Below are positions 56,638-64,000 of a DNA stretch of 64,000 nt, in pieces. Numbering within the stretch: position 1 is the first letter of the stretch; each line of letters starts with the position of its first letter. This DNA comes from an uncultured Bacteroidota bacterium (lineage in GTDB: Bacteria > Bacteroidota > Bacteroidia > Flavobacteriales > Schleiferiaceae): NCBI GenBank assembly GCA_913057235.1, contig CAJXNI010000013.1:10005-74004 (forward strand), given 5' to 3'. Position numbers and translations under genes: made by a program. The notes under the pieces are model-generated. The model was not told where the DNA came from. It made no database searches and saw only the letters and a list, made by a program, of their open reading frames with translations.

Positions 56638-57678
56638 TTAATTTGTCTGCAATTTGGCAGGGTGGTTGGTTTCAAGTTTAGTAAACACTAGTAGCTGCTT
56701 TGCTAATATAGCGGTATCGTAATGGTTTTCTGCCCGAAGCCGAGCTTTTTCACCCATTTCCTTTACCAGTTGCTTTTGCTGTAATAGCAGCATCAATTTG
56801 TCTCGCCAATCAGCTAATGTATCCGCTATAAAGCCGGTCTTGCCACTTTGAATAATAGCGCTATTGGCGCTATTGGCCGAGGCTATTGTTGGCAAACCGC
56901 TAGCCATGTACTCTAATGCTTTAAATCCGCATTTGTATTGATTGAATTCATTTCTTTGTAATGGATATACTCCAATATCAAATTCCTGGATGCCCTGGCG
57001 TATAGCAGAGGGATCTTCCCAATTAAGTTGATCCACCCATTCTATCTTTAGCCCGGGTACTGCTTTAAAAGCCTCGCTTAGTTCAGCATCGCCACATAGG
57101 CCAATAATTTTTAGTTTAAAACTCACCTGCTGGGCTAAGGCCATGACAACGGGCTTTAAAATTTCCAACAAATCCTGCTTATAATGAGGGCCGTTGCCAA
57201 TCCAACCAATTGTAAGTGGGGCGGCAAAATCTGTTTTAACCTTATAATTTCGCGTTCTTACCCCCGTAGGCCAGTAATGCACCAAAGGTTGAAACTGCCT
57301 CACGTATTCTACCAAAAATGGGCTGCCAGCTAATACGCCTGAAGCAGCTTGAGCACAGGCTTTAAAATATTTTAAGGTGGCTGGGTTGTTGTTTCTTGAA
57401 GGGGAATCATCAATATCTAAAAAAACCTGCTTGCCTAAAAGGCGCCCCCATTTGATTAATAGTAGGTGATACTTACCATAGCATTTTTGGAAAATCACTA
57501 CCTCTGAAAGCGCTATATGCCAGGCAAATGCCAGGAACTTTTTTAGGGCATGGCCGTGCATAAGCCTTACGCTCAAATAAGCCTGTAGCTCTTGGGCTAT
57601 CCAATAGGCTCTCACACGTGAACTGGCTTTGCTCTTATCGCCTAGGGTAATAAAAAGAAGACGGGAGGAGTTAGCCAT
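56638..57678 (-). CDS. Glycosyltransferase, GT-B fold (GT1/GT4-like)
   Basis: C-terminal GFKALEYMASGLPTIAS motif and a Rossmann-like N-half. Confidence 0.7.
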   Translation of the reverse strand: MANSSRLLFITLGDKSKASSRVRAYWIAQELQAYLSVRLMHGHALKKFLAFAWHIALSEVVIFQKCYGKYHLLLIKWGRLLGKQVFLDIDDSPSRNNNPATLKYFKACAQAASGVLAGSPFLVEYVRQFQPLVHYWPTGVRTRNYKVKTDFAAPLTIGWIGNGPHYKQDLLEILKPVVMALAQQVSFKLKIIGLCGDAELSEAFKAVPGLKIEWVDQLNWEDPSAIRQGIQEFDIGVYPLQRNEFNQYKCGFKALEYMASGLPTIASANSANSAIIQSGKTGFIADTLADWRDKLMLLLQQKQLVKEMGEKARLRAENHYDTAILAKQLLVFTKLETNHPAKLQTN

Positions 57679-58801
57679 TTTTTATTTTGCGTAGTTCACG
57701 TTTAATGCCCTGCAAACTATAACGCAGCAACATTTTACCGTTTGCCGGATGGAGCGGGCTAGCGCTAGTCCAGGTATCTTGAGCAAGGCGCTCAAACAGT
57801 TGAGACCACTCTTCGGCTCTCTTTTCAGGTGTGTAGAACTCTAAAACCGTTTGCCGGGCTTGTTCTCCCATTGCTCGTAATTGCTGAGGGGAAGCGCACA
57901 GTTCCTTAATTTTTTGCTCCCATTCATGGTCATCGGCAAAAGCCGAATTAAGCCCATCTCTAATAGCTTTTTTATGAGGATCTGTAGGGGTAGCCAAACT
58001 AGGCACTCCGCAAATACCTGCCTCTATAAATTTAAGCTCACTTTTTGCCTGGCAAAACATCTCTTGCTGCTCCAGTGGCACTAAATTTAAATCAATCTGT
58101 TCAAAGATTTTGGTATACTCAGCGTAAGGAATAAAATCACGGTGCAAGAACTGCCGCCCAAAGCGGTAAAACTTCTTACTAAACTTTAGCGGCCCCACTA
58201 AAAGCAATTGCAGTCTAGGGTTGTCTTTCAATGACTTTAGAAGCGCCTCCTCTACAATTTTAAAATCGCCATTATGAGTGCTGCTTCCGCAGAGGTAGGC
58301 CATGGTAATGAAGTCTTTGTTCAGACTTTGGCGCTGCTTGTGTATAGCATTACCATTGCGTATAAAATCTGTACTTAAGCCATTTAAAATGGTGCTTACC
58401 TTAGAAAGGTGCTTTCTGGCTCTTTGGGCCAGAAAATCTGTGGAAACTATTACATGGTCACAAGCTTGCATAGCCTTTAAAGCCGATGCGTAATCTTTAT
58501 AGTTTTTCTTTCCAATCCTTACCAGGTAATCTGACCCCGCAGGTTCAAATAAGAGGTCATCCGTATCGTACAAGACGGGGCTACCTTGAGCTTTGGCGGC
58601 ATTTATGAAAGCTTCTGTATACTCATTATAAAAAGCACGGTGCAAAACCACAATTTCTCCTTTCCTGGGGATGGACTGGTGGATTCTTTTTACCCTGACA
58701 TCATAACCTTTAGATCTCAAATACTGGGCTGGCTGCAAACAGCGTAACTGGGTAGAACCATTATGGCGGATGGTTAAGTTAGAGTAAAAACCAACTTTCA
58801 T
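57671..58801 (-). CDS. Glycosyltransferase, GT-B fold
   Basis: C-terminal SELKFIEAGICGVPSLATP. It has a similar architecture to the preceding gene and overlaps it by 8 nt. Confidence 0.65.
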   Translation of the reverse strand: MKVGFYSNLTIRHNGSTQLRCLQPAQYLRSKGYDVRVKRIHQSIPRKGEIVVLHRAFYNEYTEAFINAAKAQGSPVLYDTDDLLFEPAGSDYLVRIGKKNYKDYASALKAMQACDHVIVSTDFLAQRARKHLSKVSTILNGLSTDFIRNGNAIHKQRQSLNKDFITMAYLCGSSTHNGDFKIVEEALLKSLKDNPRLQLLLVGPLKFSKKFYRFGRQFLHRDFIPYAEYTKIFEQIDLNLVPLEQQEMFCQAKSELKFIEAGICGVPSLATPTDPHKKAIRDGLNSAFADDHEWEQKIKELCASPQQLRAMGEQARQTVLEFYTPEKRAEEWSQLFERLAQDTWTSASPLHPANGKMLLRYSLQGIKRELRKIKNG

Positions 58802-58809
58802 GAAGAAGC

Positions 58810-59907
58810 TTAGCTAGAGCCTAACTTTAAATTTAAAAAATACTTAATACGCGTACTTAGGGGGAGGTATTTTAAATAAGGCTTGGTGGTAGCCACTAGC
58901 GGCACTCCGTTTTGGGCCGAGCGCACCAGCAAACGCGCAAACTTTTGCCGTTGTTCTTTAGAACCTTTAGCAGTTAAAAGCTCAATTAGTTTTTCATGAA
59001 TACGGTTGAGTTCACTTTTAAAATTCTCGGGACTAACCGCCTGCTTTTGCTTATTTAGGGTGGTTCCTAACTTGAGGTAGCGCTTAATTTCATCTCGCGT
59101 AACCATTTCTAACTGTTCCTTATTAAGATTAGGCTTTAGCCGATCAAGCACCTTCAAGTGATCTTGAAGATATATTATTCTCTTGGGTCCGCTTAACAAA
59201 GTTTGTGAAAGAGAGGTAGACAAGACACGGTAGGCAGTCAATACCTCCGGTACATAGGCTACTTTGGCTTTTGCCGATATATTTAACCACGCAAAAAAGT
59301 CTTCCTGCAGAATATCCTCCGGATAACGGCCTACATACTGCATTAGTGCTGAAAAGCGAATGAGCACCGTAGGAGAGTGTACCACCACCCCTTTATTAGC
59401 ATGACCCGTTAAAATGGCCTTGAAAGTATTTTCTGGAAATTGATAATTCTCTTCAAAAAAACGAGGTTCCATAATTTCGCCATGCTCATTTACGGTGCAA
59501 TAATTGCCACAGACAAGCGCTACCTCTTCATCTGCTTCCAAAACCGCCATGTGCTTCTTTAACTTTTCAGGGTACTGAAAATCATCACCCGGAATGGGCT
59601 GCAAATACTTACCACTAACCAGGGGTAAAGCTTCATTTACCGTTGCGCACAAGCCCATGTTCTGTTGGTGGGCTAAAAAAATGCAGTTCACCTCATTTCG
59701 ATCAATCCAGTTTTGGATTACCTGCTGCGAATTGTCGGTTGAGCAATCATCTGTAATGATCAATTGCAAATTGGGGTAATCCAGCGCCAGCCCACTGTCA
59801 AGTGCTTTTTCTACATATTTTGCGTGGTTATAGCAAACGCATAACAAAGTGACTAGTGGCTTCTGTGGGTCTTGAAATCGTACCAAGCCTCTTACCTCCT
59901 GACTCAT
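58810..59907 (-). CDS. Glycosyltransferase family 2
   Basis: [31 protein letters not shown] and a PGDDF motif. Confidence 0.85.
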   Translation of the reverse strand: MSQEVRGLVRFQDPQKPLVTLLCVCYNHAKYVEKALDSGLALDYPNLQLIITDDCSTDNSQQVIQNWIDRNEVNCIFLAHQQNMGLCATVNEALPLVSGKYLQPIPGDDFQYPEKLKKHMAVLEADEEVALVCGNYCTVNEHGEIMEPRFFEENYQFPENTFKAILTGHANKGVVVHSPTVLIRFSALMQYVGRYPEDILQEDFFAWLNISAKAKVAYVPEVLTAYRVLSTSLSQTLLSGPKRIIYLQDHLKVLDRLKPNLNKEQLEMVTRDEIKRYLKLGTTLNKQKQAVSPENFKSELNRIHEKLIELLTAKGSKEQRQKFARLLVRSAQNGVPLVATTKPYLKYLPLSTRIKYFLNLKLGSS

Positions 59908-61010
59908 CCTTTAAAAAATTCTTTGATGCTATTTGACACTTGGCTTACTTGATCTTGGGTCATACCTACCCAAAGCGGGAGGCTAACTACTGTTTGAGCC
60001 AGCTCTGTAGCTATTTTCATTGAGCTATACTTTAAACTGCCCTTAGGATAGGCCTTCTGCTCATGAATAGGAACCGGGTAATGAATTAGGCTGCCAATAC
60101 CTGATTGTGTTAAATGATCTTGCAGGGCTTGCCTTCTTTCCGTTCTAATCACATAAAGGTGATAGCTATGAGTGGCCTTTGGATGTAGGGTTGGCAAAAT
60201 CAGGTCACCCACTCCGGCCAATTGTTGGTTATACCAACTGGCAATGGTCCTTCGTTCTTCAGTCCATTGCTCTAAATGCTTTAATTTAACTCTTAAAAAA
60301 GCCGCTTGCATCTCATCTAGGCGCATGTTGGCACCTAAAACATCGTTGTAATACTTTTTGGCCGAACCATAGTTGCGGTAAATTTCGGCCTTTTGAGCCA
60401 GTTCATCATTGTTTGTGGTAATCGCCCCTCCGTCTCCTAAAGCCCCTAAGTTTTTTCCAGGGTAAAAACTTACACCATTGATATCTCCAAAACTTCCGGT
60501 GTAAACCGAGTTATAGGCTGCCAAATGAGCCTGAGCATTATCTTCTACCACAAACAAGTTATGCCTCTTGGCGATGCGCATGATCGCATCCATTTCACAT
60601 GCCTGACCATAGAGATGCACGGGCATAATGGCTTTGGTGGAAGGGGTAATTGCCTCCTCAATTAGCGCAGGGTTTAGATTGTACGTTACTATAGATGGTT
60701 CTACCAAAACCGGCATAGCGCCCACGGCCGATACTGCCAGGGCCGTAGCTATGTAGGTGTTGGAAGGGATAATCACCTCATCACCGGGCCCAATTTCCAA
60801 CACTCTTAAGGCGATGATCAGCGAGTCTAGCCCATTACTCACTCCCACGGTATGGTTAACCTTAGTGAGTTGGGAGTATTCAGTTTCAAAGCCCTTCAAC
60901 TGTCCTCCCATAACAAACCAATTGCTGTTGTAGACTTTCTCAAAGGCAGCTTGCATATCGGCTTGCACCGACTTATGCATAGGTGCCATGTCTAAAAAAG
61001 GAATGTTCAT
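59904..61010 (-). CDS. DegT/DnrJ/EryC1/StrS-family PLP-dependent sugar aminotransferase (FdtB-like candidate)
   Basis: [18 protein letters not shown] and [19 protein letters not shown] (PLP Lys). Length is 368 aa. Confidence 0.88.
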   Translation of the reverse strand: MNIPFLDMAPMHKSVQADMQAAFEKVYNSNWFVMGGQLKGFETEYSQLTKVNHTVGVSNGLDSLIIALRVLEIGPGDEVIIPSNTYIATALAVSAVGAMPVLVEPSIVTYNLNPALIEEAITPSTKAIMPVHLYGQACEMDAIMRIAKRHNLFVVEDNAQAHLAAYNSVYTGSFGDINGVSFYPGKNLGALGDGGAITTNNDELAQKAEIYRNYGSAKKYYNDVLGANMRLDEMQAAFLRVKLKHLEQWTEERRTIASWYNQQLAGVGDLILPTLHPKATHSYHLYVIRTERRQALQDHLTQSGIGSLIHYPVPIHEQKAYPKGSLKYSSMKIATELAQTVVSLPLWVGMTQDQVSQVSNSIKEFFKG

Positions 61011-61013
61011 AGG

Positions 61014-62813
61014 TTATAGTTCCTGGAGTTCAACCATTTTTCTAAATCGCGGAGTGCGCCTCATAAGCTCTTCAAAAGTGCCTACATCTTCTATAAGACC
61101 TTTATTGAGAACAACAATTCGGTTTGCATTCTTAACCGTAGAAAGGCGATGAGCTACAATAACTACTGTGTATCTACCTTTTAAACTGTCTATATTCTCT
61201 TGTATGATTCGTTCTGTTTGAGAGTCAAGAGCAGAGGTGGCCTCATCCAGCACCAATAGTTGCACCTTCTTGTAAAGCTCCCGAGCTATTGAAATTCTTT
61301 GCTTTTGACCGCCACTTAAGTTAGCGCCACTGTTCTCAAGTAGGTGCTTCTCCTTAGCCGGTAAGGAATTTACAAATTCTTCTATCGAAGCTTCTTGCAA
61401 GGCAGCACGGAAACGAGCCATATTTTCAGGGGTAGGATCTTGCCAGAGTGTGATATTATTGAATACTGTATCATTAAAGATGACAGGCTCTTGTGTAATG
61501 TAGCCGATTCTCCTTTGAAAATCCTTCAAGTTGGTTTGTCCTAAATCCTTTGATTCTAATAATACTTTGCCCTGGCTAGGCTTTAGCAAACCACAAATAA
61601 TATTTATTAGCGTTGACTTTCCGCTTCCACTCTCGCCAACAATGGCAATAGTTTCATTCTGGTTAATGGTTAAGTTCAAGTTTTGAAGAATCCAGTCTTT
61701 TGCTTTAAAGGAAAAGCTAACATTGTCTAATTTTATGAATGGTATGTGCTCTGGCACCTTTCCCTCCTTCAGCTTCTCCTGGCCCTTCTTAAGATCGGTT
61801 AACAACTCCGTTGTATTGCGCAAAGACCCCGAAACTCCCAAATAGGTATTCCATTGATTTTGCACCATCATGAAGGCGCCTAATGCGCGATAAAAGAATA
61901 AGAGGGAAATTAAAATAGGCGCTAAACTTGCTTCAAAAACTCTAATTTGCAGGATTATTACGACAGCCATCACTGCAATAATTAAAGGTTCTTTAGAAGC
62001 AAACAAAGTAGCTCTAAGTTTTCCAATATGCACTTGCAATCGTTCAAGAAAAAAAACGCTTTCCTTGATTTGTTTATAAAAAAGCTCGGATGACCCTGAA
62101 GCTTTTAAATACTTGAAGTTGTTTATGAACTGGATAATTCTATTCTGAAATAAATTACCTTGTGTAGACACTTCATAGGAAGCACTCTTGGTTCTGGAAA
62201 AAATAGACCGATAAGCCAAATTGCTTAAAGCGCCACCCGCCAAGGCCATTGATGCAAACCGGAAGTCTATGCTTATGGCAAATCCTGCATAAACGAGGAC
62301 AAGAATCATTTGCTCAAAAGATTTATAATAGGATTGAACAGCCGTAGAAACCCTACCAATCTCACCCGTTAGGGTATTCTGGATACGACCTACATCCAGG
62401 GATATAAATTTTTTGTAAGAGAAATCTTTTAATGCCTTTGAAAGATTCAAGCGGAGTTGTGCTACAAAGAATTGCTGAACTTTGACGAAATAGAAGTGCG
62501 CAAAAAACTTAAAAACCCCCTTTAGAAAAAAGAAAAACACTAATAAGAACAGGATTGTTTCTATGGTAAAAAAAATACCTATCTCATTGAACCAACTTAT
62601 AAAATGACCATAGTCTCCAGCTTCGGAAGGGGTAAGCTCATTGTCACCACCAGCTAATTTCAAAAGCGGTAAAAACATAGCTAAACCTAAACCATCTAAT
62701 AAACCAAAAGTGAAACTTATCAAAAAGGCGATAAACAATCTATGCCTCAGAGTTGAGTAGAAAAAAGCAAAACCCGAAAAATACTGCTTAATAAGTTTTT
62801 TGATGGTCTCCAT
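61014..62813 (-). CDS. Fused TMD-NBD ABC exporter (MsbA/PglK-like)
   Basis: Six-helix N-terminal half, Walker A GESGSGKST, signature LSGGQKQR and Walker B LLVLDEATSALD. Confidence 0.88.
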   Translation of the reverse strand: METIKKLIKQYFSGFAFFYSTLRHRLFIAFLISFTFGLLDGLGLAMFLPLLKLAGGDNELTPSEAGDYGHFISWFNEIGIFFTIETILFLLVFFFFLKGVFKFFAHFYFVKVQQFFVAQLRLNLSKALKDFSYKKFISLDVGRIQNTLTGEIGRVSTAVQSYYKSFEQMILVLVYAGFAISIDFRFASMALAGGALSNLAYRSIFSRTKSASYEVSTQGNLFQNRIIQFINNFKYLKASGSSELFYKQIKESVFFLERLQVHIGKLRATLFASKEPLIIAVMAVVIILQIRVFEASLAPILISLLFFYRALGAFMMVQNQWNTYLGVSGSLRNTTELLTDLKKGQEKLKEGKVPEHIPFIKLDNVSFSFKAKDWILQNLNLTINQNETIAIVGESGSGKSTLINIICGLLKPSQGKVLLESKDLGQTNLKDFQRRIGYITQEPVIFNDTVFNNITLWQDPTPENMARFRAALQEASIEEFVNSLPAKEKHLLENSGANLSGGQKQRISIARELYKKVQLLVLDEATSALDSQTERIIQENIDSLKGRYTVVIVAHRLSTVKNANRIVVLNKGLIEDVGTFEELMRRTPRFRKMVELQEL

Positions 62814-62909
62814 AGAATTATTGAGTACTTAACGGCTCCGCCTCCTCACTCACAAATTAATGTAGGAGCTATGGCTATTATCTGGCTCTCCCCACTCCTT
62901 AAGAAATGG

Positions 62910-64000
62910 CTAGCTTTTTTTAAACCCCCTGGCTAGCCTTGAAAAAAAAGAAGCTTTTTCCTGATCGTCATCGGTATAACCATAACCATAGCCGTAACCA
63001 TAGCCGTAACCATAACCATATCCATAACCATATCCGTAGCCATATCCGTAGCCGTAGCCGTAGCCCTTTTGTACCGTATAATCATTGATTACAACAGCCA
63101 AGTGGTCTATTGCCCTATTCTCATAGCGGTCTTTTAAGAATTTGAGCAACTGCTTATCCGTGTACCCTTGACGCACCACATAAAAAGTATAGTCAGCTGC
63201 CTTCATAATTTCGAAGGAATCAGCTACAAGGCCCACCGGAGGGGTATCCAAAATGATATAATCATATTGCTTCCTCAGCTCAGCCAGCATTTCCTTAAAT
63301 GAATCCCCAATAAGCATCTCTGACGGATTGGGAGGAATAGGCCCTGCGGATAAAATATCTAGATTATCAAATTCTGTACTTTGAATAGCCTCTTTAACTG
63401 GTAACATGCCTGCAAGTACATTTGAGACTCCTTTGTCATTAGTTAGATTAAAGTCATTATAAATTTTAGGCTTTCTTAAATCTAAACCAACCAAGATGGT
63501 TTTGCTGCCACCCATGGCCAATATAGAGGCCATGTTTATGCTATTAAAGGTTTTACCCTCTCCGCCAATAGAAGAGGTAAACAATAATACTTGTGATTTT
63601 TTCTGGTGCTTGCCTGCTAAAAAAGATAAATTAGCTCTAAAGGCTCTAAATGACTCAGAAATGCTTGATTTAGGATGCTTAATTGCTACGAGGTTTGTTG
63701 GTTTTAAACTATGGCCAATCATGGCCACTACCGGCACAGTAAGCATTTTTTCAATGTCTTCTTTGGTTCGAATTTTACCGTCAAAGTAATCTCTTACAAC
63801 TACTATGGCTATGGGTAAAGCCAGTCCAATTAAAAACGCCATGGCAAAAACCACCATAGGATTAGGACTGATCGGGAAAGGACTCACCAAGGCCTCATCA
63901 ACAATGCGGTTATCGGGGCGATTGGCCGCTAAAGCAATTCCTGCCTCAGCCTTCTTTTGCATGAGAAACAAGTAAAGATTTTCATTTAGCTGATACCTCC
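62910..64000 (-). CDS. Polysaccharide co-polymerase / BY-kinase (Wzc-like tyrosine autokinase); N-terminus lies beyond the window
   Basis: Walker A TSSIGGEGKTF, Walker A' VGLDLRKP, Walker B IILDTPPVG and a C-terminal Tyr cluster. The track start (TTG at 63971) is not real: the frame stays open to nt 64000 (...RYQLNENLYLFLMQKKAEAG...), which is typical of the Wzz-like periplasmic part. Confidence 0.85.
   Translation of the reverse strand, partial: RYQLNENLYLFLMQKKAEAGIALAANRPDNRIVDEALVSPFPISPNPMVVFAMAFLIGLALPIAIVVVRDYFDGKIRTKEDIEKMLTVPVVAMIGHSLKPTNLVAIKHPKSSISESFRAFRANLSFLAGKHQKKSQVLLFTSSIGGEGKTFNSINMASILAMGGSKTILVGLDLRKPKIYNDFNLTNDKGVSNVLAGMLPVKEAIQSTEFDNLDILSAGPIPPNPSEMLIGDSFKEMLAELRKQYDYIILDTPPVGLVADSFEIMKAADYTFYVVRQGYTDKQLLKFLKDRYENRAIDHLAVVINDYTVQKGYGYGYGYGYGYGYGYGYGYGYGYGYGYGYTDDDQEKASFFSRLARGFKKS
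62976..63065 (-). repeat. Coding (GGN-TAY)x15 tract, giving a perfect (Gly-Tyr)15 tail in the BY-kinase
   Basis: Minus-strand read: ggc tac x3, gga tat, ggc tac, gga tat, ggt tat, gga tat, ggt tat, ggt tac, ggc tat, ggt tac, ggc tat, ggt tat x2. The tract is followed by TDDDQEK. Confidence 0.95.

Noticed and set aside
62976-63065. Tandem 6-nt periodic DNA that could be mistaken for a microsatellite or CRISPR-like repeat
   Set aside because: There are no spacers, the repeat unit is 6 nt, and the tract is in frame within the BY-kinase ORF with variable wobble bases. It is a coding (GY)15 tract.
1-64000. Search for tRNA/rRNA genes, CRISPR arrays, integrases/transposases and toxin-antitoxin or defence cassettes
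   Set aside because: No intergenic region has tRNA-like T-loop or acceptor features or repeat-spacer structure. No ORF shows recombinase, transposase or nuclease-defence motifs that I could recognise by eye.

Overview
This looks like a chromosomal segment from a Bacteroidota organism. Supporting signs are T9SS-type C-terminal sorting tails, TAnnTTTG-type promoter motifs, DUF1599/DUF4105/BT_3928-type genes and very tight gene packing. I saw no rRNA, tRNA, CRISPR array, transposase or integrase. The window falls into three blocks. (1) 1-11.9 kb holds two tandem giant secreted FN3/MAM/PKD proteins on the minus strand. The first, 1..6101, is missing from the supplied ORF track because it runs off the window edge. 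(2) 12-40.4 kb is mostly housekeeping: priA, prmA, tpiA, folP, cdaA, comEC and a fused isobutyryl-CoA-mutase-like icmF. It also contains several oddities: a GC-rich palindromic segment inserted in frame in icmF, a receiver domain lacking the phospho-acceptor Asp, an acidic-tagged lipoprotein with a duplicated His-motif domain, and a DUF4105-sulfotransferase pair. (3) 40.5 kb to the window end is one minus-strand, largely translationally coupled polysaccharide locus of 23 genes. It encodes about 10 glycosyltransferases, four sulfotransferases of different P-loop flavours, a Wzy-like polymerase, an MsbA/PglK-like ABC exporter, a 3-amino-3,6-dideoxyhexose module, a methyltransferase, an initiating WecA-like transferase and a Wzc-like tyrosine kinase whose tail is a perfect (Gly-Tyr)15 tract. 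I consider this locus, a candidate pathway for a heavily sulfated heteropolysaccharide, the most interesting system here. All functional calls rest on motif recognition by eye, with no database search.
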